In this document: positions 31,270 to 39,705 of the stretch, piece after piece
Numbering within the stretch: position 1 is the first letter of the stretch
Layout of the letters: every line of letters starts with the position of its first letter
Source: an uncultured Rhodospirillaceae bacterium
GTDB lineage: Bacteria; Pseudomonadota; Alphaproteobacteria; UBA7887
DNA: 64,000 nt
Assembly (NCBI GenBank): GCA_964408735.1
Contig: CAYPAX010000008.1
Span: forward strand, 2,025 to 66,024
Reading direction: 5' to 3'
Notes under the pieces: model-generated
Told to the model about the DNA's origin: nothing
The model's input: the letters and a program-made list of their open reading frames with translations, nothing else
Database searches by the model: none
Position numbers and translations under genes: made by a program

Positions 31270-32849
31270 GCGAACAAACCAGCTATTCCGGCATTCCGCT
31301 CGAGCCTTTCTATGCGCCCGAGGGCGAGAGCGAGGCCCCCGGCGCCTATCCCTACACCCGCGGCAAGCGCCTGCCGCGCCCGGGCCAGTCGTGGATATTG
31401 CGCGAGCTTTCCGGCGAGGGCACGGCCGAGCGCTCCAATGCCCAGTTCAAGTCGCTGATCGCCAAGGGCCAGCAGGGCCTAGACGTCATCGGCGATTCGC
31501 CGACCATGGCCATGCTCGATGCGGACCATCCCCACGCCGTGCACGCGGTGGGCACGCAAGGCGTCTCGCTGTGCTGCCGCGCCGACTACGAGGCGCTCTA
31601 CCGCGACCTGCCGTTGGATAGCTTGAGTTTTTCGCAATCCCTGCCCTCGGTGGCGGCGATCGCCGGATTGTATCTGGTCGCCACGGCGCGCGGCGTGCCG
31701 GCGGAGAAGCTGCGCGGCTCTGCCATTCAGGTCGCCTTGTACGAGGACGATTGCTGCTATTCGCGCCACCTGCCGCTGGCCTTGCGCACGCGCCTGGCCA
31801 CGGACTCGATCGCCTTTGCCACGGCGAAGATGCCGAAATTCCACGCCCTGCTGGAGGACACCTATTATTTCAGCGAGACAGGCCTCGAGTCGGTCGAGGA
31901 AATGGCGTTGGGCTTCGTCGAGCTGCGCTTCTACATCCGCGAGCTGATCAAGCGCGGCATCGACGTCGACGCCTTCGCCCCGCGCATCGGCATATTGCTG
32001 ACCTGCCGCATGGACCTGTTCGAGGAGATCGCCAAGATCCGCGCCTCACGCCGGCTCTATGCGCGCATGATGAAAGACGAGTTCGGCGCCCGCGATGAAC
32101 GCTCCATGGCGCTGACCGTGACCGCGCATACCTCGGGGCTCACCATGACGGCGCAGCAGCCGGTCAACAATGTCGCGCGCGGCGGCATGCAGGCGCTGGC
32201 CATGGCGCTCGCCGGCGTCCAGGCGATGGAGATCTCGACCTTCGACGAGGCCTACCGCACGCCGAGCGAGGAGGCCCATCTGGTGGGCCTGCGCACCCAG
32301 CAGATCGTGCAGCTGGAGACCAACGTCACCAAGGTGGCGGACCCCCTGGGCGGCTCCTACTATGTCGAGGCGCTGACCGACGAGATGGAGCGGCGGATTG
32401 CCGCCGAGGTCGCGCGTATCGAGGCCGCGGGCGATATCGCCGAGCTTGCCGAACAGGGCTATTTCCGGCACATCTTCGCCACTGCCATGGAGCGCCTGGG
32501 CCGCGATCTCGCCGACGGCACCCTGCAGCGCGTCGGCGACACTTGCCATACCGTGCCCGAGGACGAGGACCGCATGCTCAAGGACGCCGCCGAGGTGAAG
32601 ATCGAGCCCTATCGCGAGCAGATCGATCGCATCCGCGACTTCAAGGGCAGCCGCGACCAGGAAAGCGTCAAGCAGGCGCTCGGTGCCCTGCACGATGCCG
32701 CGCGTGAGCCCGACCGCGACCTCATGGCGCCCTATGTCGCCGCACTTGCTGCCGATGCAACGGTTGGCGAGACCGCCGGCGTGCTGCGCCAGGCCTACGG
32801 CCAGCCCTACGATCCCCTGGCGCGGCTGCCGTCGCCGCTCGATGGCTGA
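31266..32849 (+). CDS. Acyl-CoA mutase family large (catalytic, TIM-barrel) subunit lacking a fused B12 domain (Icm/Hcm-like)
   Basis: N-terminal PGAYPYTRGKRLPRPGQSWILRELSG matches the methylmalonyl-CoA mutase family signature. 527 aa. ATGA overlap with the upstream SDR stop. Confidence 0.75.
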   Translation: MSEQTSYSGIPLEPFYAPEGESEAPGAYPYTRGKRLPRPGQSWILRELSGEGTAERSNAQFKSLIAKGQQGLDVIGDSPTMAMLDADHPHAVHAVGTQGVSLCCRADYEALYRDLPLDSLSFSQSLPSVAAIAGLYLVATARGVPAEKLRGSAIQVALYEDDCCYSRHLPLALRTRLATDSIAFATAKMPKFHALLEDTYYFSETGLESVEEMALGFVELRFYIRELIKRGIDVDAFAPRIGILLTCRMDLFEEIAKIRASRRLYARMMKDEFGARDERSMALTVTAHTSGLTMTAQQPVNNVARGGMQALAMALAGVQAMEISTFDEAYRTPSEEAHLVGLRTQQIVQLETNVTKVADPLGGSYYVEALTDEMERRIAAEVARIEAAGDIAELAEQGYFRHIFATAMERLGRDLADGTLQRVGDTCHTVPEDEDRMLKDAAEVKIEPYREQIDRIRDFKGSRDQESVKQALGALHDAAREPDRDLMAPYVAALAADATVGETAGVLRQAYGQPYDPLARLPSPLDG

Positions 32850-32850
32850 G

Positions 32851-33261
32851 ATGGCGCGCCCGATCAAGATCCTCGTCGCCATCCTCGGCACCGACCAGCA
32901 CGAGGTCGGCGCCCTGGCGGTCTCGGCCTTGCTGCGCGATGCCGGCATGGAGGTGATCTACAGCGGCCGCTTCAACCTGCCCGCCGGAGTCGTCACCAGC
33001 GCCGTGCAGGAGGATGTGGACGTGATTGGCATCAGCGCCCATTCCTGGGAATATCTGCATTACCTGGACGATATCTTCGCCGGCCTGGCGGAGGCGGGGG
33101 CGGACATTCCGGTGGTCGTCGGCGGCTCGGTGGTGACGCCGGGCGACAAGGCCAAGGTGCTGGCGCAAGGGGTTGCGGCGGCGTTCGGCCCCACCGACAG
33201 CGCGGCGGAGATCGTTGCCGAGATCCGCCGGCTCGCGGCGGCGGAGGAGGAGATTCAATGA
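32851..33261 (+). CDS. Cobalamin (B12)-binding small subunit of the acyl-CoA mutase
   Basis: 136 aa. DxHxxG-type motif (GTDQHEVG) and Rossmann-like B12-binding fold. Starts 1 nt after the large-subunit stop. Confidence 0.8.
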   Translation: MARPIKILVAILGTDQHEVGALAVSALLRDAGMEVIYSGRFNLPAGVVTSAVQEDVDVIGISAHSWEYLHYLDDIFAGLAEAGADIPVVVGGSVVTPGDKAKVLAQGVAAAFGPTDSAAEIVAEIRRLAAAEEEIQ

Positions 33262-33632
33262 CCGACAATGAGGTAGCCGCGCGCCTGGGTCACCTGCCGG
33301 CGCTGGTCAACGGCAATATGGCGCTGGTGCGGCGCGGGCGGACCCTCAACGAGACCATTCTGGTCGGGGCGGGGGATATCCCGGTGTATGTCACGGTGAG
33401 CGGCGGCGAGGTCGCCGAGGTGGCGCGCGGGCCGGTGCTGATGCGCTCGTGGCGCTTCGCCATCCGGGCAAGTGCCGAGGCCTGGGGGCGCTTCTGGCAG
33501 CCCATGCCGGAGCCCGGCTTCCACGACATCCTTGCCATGACACGGTTCGGCCATGCCACCATCGAGGGCGATTTGCAGCCGCTGATGGCGCATCTGCGCT
33601 ACGTCAAGGAGTTGCTGGAGGCGCCGCGATGA
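33258..33632 (+). CDS. SCP2 (sterol carrier protein-2)-like small protein
   Basis: 124 aa. C-terminal ...TRFGHATIEGDLQPLMAHLRYVKELL resembles the SCP2 motif ...GKLKIEGDMGLAMKL... ATGA overlaps on both sides. Confidence 0.4.
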   Translation: MTDNEVAARLGHLPALVNGNMALVRRGRTLNETILVGAGDIPVYVTVSGGEVAEVARGPVLMRSWRFAIRASAEAWGRFWQPMPEPGFHDILAMTRFGHATIEGDLQPLMAHLRYVKELLEAPR

Positions 33633-34477
33633 GCCTGGCATTCGAGCCCATCACGGGGCGCTACGCCACGCTGAGCCTGGCGGGCAGGCCCTGCCGCATC
33701 TATCTGGAAGAGGCGGGCAGCGGCATCCCCTTGCTCTGCCTGCACACCGCCGGCGCCGATAGCCGCCAGTATCGCCACTTGATGCTCGACGAGGCCGTGA
33801 CGGATCGCTTTCGGGTGATCGCCTTCGATCTTCCCTGGCACGGCAAGTCCCTGCCGCCGCCCGGCTACGAGGACGAGGAATATCGCCTGACCACCGCGTC
33901 CTATGTCGAAGCCATCCTCGCCGTTGCCGTCGGGCTCGACTTGCAGGACCCGGTGCTCATGGGCTGCTCCATGGGCGGACGCATCGTGCTGGAGATTGCG
34001 GCCCGCCACGCGGAACGCTTCCGCGCCCTGATCGGCGTCGAGTGCGCCGACCACCAGACGCCCTGGTACGACACCGACTGGCTGCACCGCGGCGACGTGC
34101 ACGGCGGCGAGGTCTGCGCCGCCATGATCTCAGGCCTGGTCGCGCCCCAGTCGCCCGCCCAATACCGCTGGGAGACCCTCTGGGGCTACCTGCAAAGCGG
34201 CCCCGGCATCTTCAAGGGCGACCTGCATTTCTACCGCGAGGATTCCGACTTCCGCGACCGCGCCGCCCTGATCGACACAGCGGTTTGCCCACTCTATCTG
34301 CTGACCGGCGAATACGACTTCTCCTGCACCCCCGAGGACACCCTGCGCACCGCTGCCGCCATCCCCGGTGCCAAGGCAACCATCATGAGGGAACTCGGCC
34401 ATTTCCCCATGAGCGAGAACCCGGCGCGCTTCCACGAATATCTGATGCCGGTGCTGGCGGAGATTTGCGCGAAATAG
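33629..34477 (+). CDS. Alpha/beta hydrolase fold protein
   Basis: Start MSLAFEP at 33629. Nucleophile elbow GCSMGG. 282 aa. Confidence 0.8.
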   Translation: MSLAFEPITGRYATLSLAGRPCRIYLEEAGSGIPLLCLHTAGADSRQYRHLMLDEAVTDRFRVIAFDLPWHGKSLPPPGYEDEEYRLTTASYVEAILAVAVGLDLQDPVLMGCSMGGRIVLEIAARHAERFRALIGVECADHQTPWYDTDWLHRGDVHGGEVCAAMISGLVAPQSPAQYRWETLWGYLQSGPGIFKGDLHFYREDSDFRDRAALIDTAVCPLYLLTGEYDFSCTPEDTLRTAAAIPGAKATIMRELGHFPMSENPARFHEYLMPVLAEICAK

Positions 34478-34490
34478 CCTGCGCCGCCGG

Positions 34491-35581
34491 AATGGGGTCC
34501 GCCGCCGAATTGGGGTCACGCCGAATTGGGGTCAAGTCTTTCATTTTAGCGTTGATGATTCTATGATTGTCGACGGCCAAATCATAACAACCGGACCGAA
34601 CGCCATGGCACGTCCCTTGCGGCTCGACTTTCCCGGCGCGCTTCACCACGTGACGGCGCGGGGCAATGCGCGCCAGGACATCTTCTTCACGGCCGATGAC
34701 AGGCAGCATTTTCTCGACAATTTGGGGAAGGTCTGTGAACGACTCGGTTGGATATGCTATGCTTACTGTATGCTCGATAACCACTATCATATTCTGATAG
34801 AGACGCCGACCGGCGGCCTCGCCCGCGGCATGCGGCAAGTCAACGGTGTCTACACGCAATACGTCAATCGCGTGCATGATCGCGTCGGGCACCTCTTTCA
34901 GGGGCGCTACGCCTCGATCCTGGTTCACAAGGAGAGCCATCTGCTCGAGCTCTGCCGCTACATCGTGCTCAACCCGGTCAGGGCCGGCCTGGCCGACGCC
35001 GCAGGCGACCATCTGTGGTCGAGCTACCGCGCCACCGCCGGAGCGTCGCGCGGGCCGGCGTGGCTGCATAGCGATGCAGTATTGAGCCTGTTCGGCGGCG
35101 CGCCGCGCACCGCCAGGGCGCGGTATCGGCGATTCGTGGCGGAAGGGGCGGCAAGGCGGCCCTGGGACAATCTGGTCGATCAGGTCTTTCTCGGGCCGGC
35201 CGGCTTCGCTGCCGAGATGAAGGCGCGCGTCGGCGATACCGATGCCCTGACCGAGGTGCCGCAAGCGCAAAGGCGGGCGCCGGCGCATGGCCTCGACTGG
35301 TATGCCGCCGAGACGCCGGACCGCAACGCCGCCATGCTCGCGGCCTGGCAGTCGGGCGATCACACGCAGCAGGCCATAGCGCGGCATTTCGGCATTCATT
35401 ACACCACCGTCTCGCGCCTTCTCAAGCGCCTGGGGGCATAGCTGTCCGCGGGCCCGTCTTGGGGTCAGCGGGTTTTGGGGTCAGGTCTTTCCCTTTAGCA
35501 TATTATGTTTTTCTAAAATGCTAAAATGAAAGACTTGACCCCAATCTGGATGAAATGAAAGACTTGACCCCAATCTGGATG
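34491..35581 (+). mobile_element. REP-associated tyrosine transposase (RAYT) locus with flanking REP-like repeats
   Basis: IS200/Y1-type transposase gene flanked by GGGGTC-containing repeats. Tandem AAT(T)GGGGTC units at 34491-34535. TTGGGGTCAAGTCTTTCATTTTAGC at 34526-34550. A variant copy at 35474-35499. Two tandem inverted copies GAAATGAAAGACTTGACCCCAATCTGGATG at 35522-35581. Confidence 0.7.
34605..35441 (+). CDS. REP-associated tyrosine transposase (IS200-like Y1 transposase with C-terminal HTH)
   Basis: MARPLRLDFPGALHHVTARGNARQDIFF...NHYHILIET carries the HuH motif and a catalytic Tyr region. C-terminal HTH (IARHFGIHYTTVSRLLKR). The track ORF starts 14 codons earlier, at 34563. Confidence 0.8.
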   Translation: MARPLRLDFPGALHHVTARGNARQDIFFTADDRQHFLDNLGKVCERLGWICYAYCMLDNHYHILIETPTGGLARGMRQVNGVYTQYVNRVHDRVGHLFQGRYASILVHKESHLLELCRYIVLNPVRAGLADAAGDHLWSSYRATAGASRGPAWLHSDAVLSLFGGAPRTARARYRRFVAEGAARRPWDNLVDQVFLGPAGFAAEMKARVGDTDALTEVPQAQRRAPAHGLDWYAAETPDRNAAMLAAWQSGDHTQQAIARHFGIHYTTVSRLLKRLGA

Positions 35582-35586
35582 CGCGT

Positions 35587-36483
35587 TCAGGGGGTGACGA
35601 GGTTCAGCGTGCGCTCCGACAGCGTCACCTGCGCGGTGATGCCCCAGTCGAAGCGCAGGTAGTCCTGCTCGATACCGTCGGCGAAGATGACGCCGTCGTC
35701 GTTCATGCGCGAGGTCAGGGAGAGGCCGTGTTGCTGTTCCACCGCGCCGAAGGCGAGGGTGCTGCCGGATTGTTTGCTGGGCCAGGGCTCGCGGGCGAAA
35801 TAGAGGGCGCGGCGCTCGTCGGGCGCCAGCGCCTCTTGCCGCTGGGTCGCGGTCATGATGGAGCGCGCCCAGCCGCTCAGGCCCGTGCCTGTGGAGACGA
35901 TCACGCCGGAGGACGACTGGTACTCCTCCACCTCGCCGTCGCGCAGCACATAGCGCGCCGACTGGTGCGAGCGGTGGCCGAGGAAAAGCTCGTTGAGCGC
36001 CGAGAGCGACTGGCCGTCGTCGAGGCTCGCCTGCACCATGGTGCGGCGCTGCAAGTCGACGTCGCCGGCGGCGACGCGCGGTAGCAAGGCGGGCAGGGCG
36101 TCTGCCGACAAAGCGGTGAGAATGCCCTCGGTCGTCTGTGGATCGGGTGTCACACCGAGCACGGGCTGGCCACTGAGATACTTGGCCAGGTTCGCCACCA
36201 GGCCGTCCTGGCCGACGGCGATGACGATGTCGTTGTCGCCGAACAGGAAACGGTCGAGGTCGTCGCGCAGCACCTGGGCGATCGACCAGTCGTCGGGCAC
36301 GGCGCGCTTGACCTGGCCCTCGGCGGCCAGCTGGCGCTTATTTTGCTTGTCGAGCGTCGCCAGGCTCTGGCCGCGGCTTTCGAGGAAGAACTCGGTCTGG
36401 CCGCGCGTCGCGTGGCTCGCCAGCAGGCGGTCGAATTCCGTCTGCCGGGTCACCACCACCGCTCTTGCCGCCAGGCCGCTCAT
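35587..36483 (-). CDS. Atypical NAD kinase-like (ATP-NAD kinase / DAGK-catalytic family) protein
   Basis: 298 aa. GQDGLV in place of the canonical GGDG. SSGVIVSTGTGLSGWARS in place of DGlivsTPTGSTAYSLSAGGP. The fold assignment is likely but the substrate is uncertain. Confidence 0.6.
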   Translation of the reverse strand: MSGLAARAVVVTRQTEFDRLLASHATRGQTEFFLESRGQSLATLDKQNKRQLAAEGQVKRAVPDDWSIAQVLRDDLDRFLFGDNDIVIAVGQDGLVANLAKYLSGQPVLGVTPDPQTTEGILTALSADALPALLPRVAAGDVDLQRRTMVQASLDDGQSLSALNELFLGHRSHQSARYVLRDGEVEEYQSSSGVIVSTGTGLSGWARSIMTATQRQEALAPDERRALYFAREPWPSKQSGSTLAFGAVEQQHGLSLTSRMNDDGVIFADGIEQDYLRFDWGITAQVTLSERTLNLVTP

Positions 36484-36493
36484 GGTTCGCTCC

Positions 36494-37477
36494 CTACTCT
36501 GTCGCAGCGTGGCTCAGGGCGCCGCGCATCTGGCCGAGCAGGCTCGAGAGCATGTCGGGCGTGATGCTGAGATTGTCGATGCGCTCCAGCTTGCCGGCGA
36601 AGTCCCGTGCGGCAAGGCCCATCAGCACGGCGGGCGGCAGCTCGCGATAGACGGCCATGCGCGCCTGCTCCATGTCCGCCGCGGCCTGGTCGACGGTGCG
36701 GATGCGCCCGGCCTCGGCTTCGGCGTGGACCTTCAGCGCCTCGGCCTCGGCCTCGGCTCTCGCCATGTCGTTGGCGGCCTCGCGGGCGATCAGATCCTGT
36801 TCGCGGGCGGCAAGCTCGATGCGGTTGTTGAGCTCGTTCTCGGTGATCGCGCGCTCCTTGTCGACGGCGAGCGCCCGGCGCGCGAATGTCGCTTCGTCCG
36901 CCTGCTGCTGCAGGCTTTCGAAGGTCGGCGCCTGCAACGCCCGCGCCAGCTCGCTGCTGGGCTGCAGGCTAGCGACACGAATGCCGACCAGGCCCAGGCC
37001 GATATCGGCAAGCGAGCTGTCGGCATCGAAGCCATCGGCAATGATGGCCTGCAACGGCGCCACGCCGGCATCGAGCAGGTCGCGCACACCGAATTGGGCG
37101 AGACGCGCATTGGCGAACTGACCGACCAATGAGACAAGCAGGGTATTCACCTGATCCAGCGGCTCGCCGATGTGTTGACCGGTCTTCAGATCCAGGGTGA
37201 AATCCACGCGGTCGCCGAGGGCTTCAGGATCGGTGACGCGCCAGGTGACGATGCCTTGCACGGTGAGCTCCTGGAAATCCGCGGACTGGCCCTTGAGCAC
37301 GAACGGCAGCTGCCGGTCGGCCATGGGAATCTCGCTGATCGAGGCGCCATCGGGGCGGCACCAGAAGGCCAGGCCGCGCCCCGAGCGCACGCGGCGGCCG
37401 TTGCGGAAAAGCTGCACGTGGGCGGAAGCGTCCGACCGGAACTGCCGCAGGGTCGGGTAGGATGTGATCTGTGCCAT
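36494..37477 (-). CDS. SPFH/band-7 (flotillin-like) domain protein
   Basis: 327 aa. Band-7 core followed by a Glu/Ala-rich coiled coil (EAEAEALKVHAEAEAGRIR). 10 nt upstream of the NAD-kinase-like gene. Confidence 0.85.
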   Translation of the reverse strand: MAQITSYPTLRQFRSDASAHVQLFRNGRRVRSGRGLAFWCRPDGASISEIPMADRQLPFVLKGQSADFQELTVQGIVTWRVTDPEALGDRVDFTLDLKTGQHIGEPLDQVNTLLVSLVGQFANARLAQFGVRDLLDAGVAPLQAIIADGFDADSSLADIGLGLVGIRVASLQPSSELARALQAPTFESLQQQADEATFARRALAVDKERAITENELNNRIELAAREQDLIAREAANDMARAEAEAEALKVHAEAEAGRIRTVDQAAADMEQARMAVYRELPPAVLMGLAARDFAGKLERIDNLSITPDMLSSLLGQMRGALSHAATE

Positions 37478-37538
37478 GTCGGGAACTCCTCTTCTTCTTG
37501 CGGCTTGCCGCCGAGGCTTCTTTGCGATAGTGTGTATA

Positions 37539-37573
37539 TGACACTTAGTATTCGTGTTGTCAAGACACTAAGT
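37539..37573. promoter_or_regulatory. Candidate operator: nested inverted repeats TGACA-N14-TGTCA and ACTTAGT-N17-ACTAAGT (possible NrtR site)
   Basis: Located in the 99-bp divergent region, ending 4 nt before the ATG of the Nudix-regulator gene. Also contains a near-direct repeat GACACTTAGT / GACACTAAGT. Confidence 0.35.
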
Positions 37574-37576
37574 CAC

Positions 37577-38245
37577 ATGAGCCATACCTACGACTATCCC
37601 CATCCCGCCGTGACGACCGATATCGTCGTGTTCACGGTCGACGAAGGTGTGCTGAAGCTGCTGGGGATCCGGCGCAAGGCGGCGCCGTATCAGGGGCGCT
37701 GGGCGCTGCCGGGCGGCTTTGTCGAGATCGACGAGTCCATTGATGCCTGTGCCGCGCGGGAGCTGGCGGAGGAGACCGGGCTCGCCGGCATCTATCTCGA
37801 GCAGCTCTACACCTTCGGCGCGCCGGATCGCGATCCGCGGGAGAGGGTGATCAGCGTCGCCTATTACGCGCTTGCGCCGTTGCACGGTCTCGCGCTCAGG
37901 GCCGGCTCGGACGCCGCGGCTGCCGCCTGGCACGACATCGATGCCTTGCCGGAGCTGGCTTTCGACCACCGGGATATCGTCGCCATGGCGCGAGAGAGGG
38001 TGCGGGCGAAGATCGAGTATTCCGACCTCGGGCTGATGTTCATGCCGGAGAGCTTCACTTTGTCGGACGTGCAGGGGCTTTACGAGACCGTCTCCGGGCA
38101 GCCGCGCGACAAGCGGAATTTCCGCAAGTGGCTATTGTCTCTTGACCTGATCGAGGAAACGGGCGAGATGCGGGCCGAGGGCGCCCATCGTCCCGCCAAG
38201 CTCTACCGGCGGACGAGCCCGAACGAGCTGACGATCATCCGCTGA
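37577..38245 (+). CDS. NrtR-like regulator: Nudix domain fused to C-terminal winged-helix DNA-binding domain
   Basis: Intact Nudix box GGFVEIDESIDACAARELAEETGL. C-terminal ...LSDVQGLYETVSGQPRDKRNFRKWLLSLDLIEETGEMRAEGAHRPAKLYRR is typical of the NrtR winged-helix domain. Confidence 0.7.
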   Translation: MSHTYDYPHPAVTTDIVVFTVDEGVLKLLGIRRKAAPYQGRWALPGGFVEIDESIDACAARELAEETGLAGIYLEQLYTFGAPDRDPRERVISVAYYALAPLHGLALRAGSDAAAAAWHDIDALPELAFDHRDIVAMARERVRAKIEYSDLGLMFMPESFTLSDVQGLYETVSGQPRDKRNFRKWLLSLDLIEETGEMRAEGAHRPAKLYRRTSPNELTIIR

Positions 38246-38254
38246 GGCGACAGC

Positions 38255-38929
38255 ATGCAAATCTCCGATGTCGAACAGGCCTTGCGCACGGCGGGACTGG
38301 CGCCGCGTGGTGCGTTTCACCCCGAGCCCGCCGACGGCGTGCCGGATATCGCACCGGGGCGGCCGACCGGCACCCTGGTGCTGGCGGGCAATGCGGGGCC
38401 CGAGATGTGGCGCGCCTTCGTGGCGGCGACGGGGGCGCCGGCCGGCGGCCTCGACGGCTGGTCCGACGAAGTCTTGAGCCGGGCCGCCGAGCAGTGTGGC
38501 GCCATGGCCGTCTTCCCCTTCAGCAAGCCGCCGCTGCCGTTTCAGCGCTGGGCCTGCCGTGCAGGACCCTGCTTCAGCTCGCCCCTCGGTATCCTGATTC
38601 ATGCCGATCACGGCCTTTGGCACGCCTTTCGCGGCGGCCTGGCATTTGCCGAGCGCCTCGATCTGCCGCCGCCGGACGAGCGCCCCAACCCCTGCGAGGC
38701 CTGCCCGCAGCGGTTCTGCCTGACGACCTGCCCGGTGTCGGCCTTCAGCGAGGACGGCTATGACGTTCCCGCTTGCGCCGTCCATGTCGCGGAAAACGGG
38801 GACGGCGACTGCCTTTCGCTGGGCTGCCGGGCGCGGCGTGCCTGTCCGATCGGGCGTGGGGCACGCTACGAGCCGGCCCAGGCACAGTTTCACATGGAGT
38901 CGTTCCTGCGCGCCCGCCTGCCCGCCTGA
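38255..38929 (+). CDS. Ferredoxin-like protein with two [4Fe-4S]-type Cys clusters
   Basis: CEACPQRFCLTTCP and CAVHVAENGDGDCLSLGCRARRACP motifs in the C-terminal half. Starts 9 nt after the NrtR-like gene. Confidence 0.5.
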   Translation: MQISDVEQALRTAGLAPRGAFHPEPADGVPDIAPGRPTGTLVLAGNAGPEMWRAFVAATGAPAGGLDGWSDEVLSRAAEQCGAMAVFPFSKPPLPFQRWACRAGPCFSSPLGILIHADHGLWHAFRGGLAFAERLDLPPPDERPNPCEACPQRFCLTTCPVSAFSEDGYDVPACAVHVAENGDGDCLSLGCRARRACPIGRGARYEPAQAQFHMESFLRARLPA

Positions 38930-38981
38930 GCCTTGACGCCCTTAACATGGGTTATTGCCGTCATTGCCGCACTTGAGCCGA

Positions 38982-39692
38982 ATGGCGGACACTGGGGTTC
39001 GAGAATTCTCACGATATCGACCTCCCCTGCCAACCAAGCCATGGGTGACGCACGTGTCTGTCGCGGAAATTTACGATGCTGTTCTGGATTACGATGATGA
39101 GGGGGTGCCTGAGCTGGTAAACGCGGAGCTCGCAGCCGGCACCGACATAAAGGTCATTCTCGACGACGGCATGATAGCCGCGCTCGATGATATCGGGGCC
39201 CGCTTCAGCGAGGGCACGCTGTTCGTGCCCGAGATGCTGATGGCGGCCCAGGCGGTGCAGGCGGGCATGGATATCCTGCGCCCGCTGCTGGCCGAGACCG
39301 GCGCCAAGCCCGTCGGCACCGTGGTCATCGGCACGGTCAAGGGCGACCTGCACGACATCGGCAAGAACCTGGTGGCGATGCTGCTGGAAGGCGCCGGTTT
39401 CAAGGTCGTGGACCTGGGCGTCGATGTCGATGCCGAGACCTTCATCTCCTCGGCCCAGGAGAACGAAGCCGAGCTGGTGGCGATCTCGGGCCTCCTGACC
39501 ACCTCCATGCCGGAAATCGAGAGCGCCGTGGCGACCATCGCCGAGGCCAACAAGGCGCGCAACCTCAACGTCAAGGTCATGGTCGGCGGGCCGCCTCTGA
39601 ACACCGAATTCGCCACGCGCATCGGCGCCGACGGCTATGGCGAGAGCGCACCCGCCGCGGTCGACAGAGCCCGCAGCCTGGTCGCGGTATAA
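38982..39692 (+). CDS. Cobalamin-binding corrinoid protein (methyltransferase cognate corrinoid protein, MtaC/MtbC-like)
   Basis: B12-binding cap domain plus Rossmann domain with DxHxxG (GDLHDIGKN). Start uncertain: ATG at 38982, or in-frame GTG at about 39047. Confidence 0.75.
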   Translation: MADTGVREFSRYRPPLPTKPWVTHVSVAEIYDAVLDYDDEGVPELVNAELAAGTDIKVILDDGMIAALDDIGARFSEGTLFVPEMLMAAQAVQAGMDILRPLLAETGAKPVGTVVIGTVKGDLHDIGKNLVAMLLEGAGFKVVDLGVDVDAETFISSAQENEAELVAISGLLTTSMPEIESAVATIAEANKARNLNVKVMVGGPPLNTEFATRIGADGYGESAPAAVDRARSLVAV

Positions 39693-39705
39693 GGGGACAC
39701 GTGCG

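Noticed and set aside
38932-38981. Possible cobalamin riboswitch upstream of the corrinoid-protein gene
   Set aside because: The gap to the upstream gene is only about 50 nt, far too short for a B12 riboswitch aptamer, and no conserved B12-box (rAGYCMGgAgaCCkGCc-like) sequence is present.
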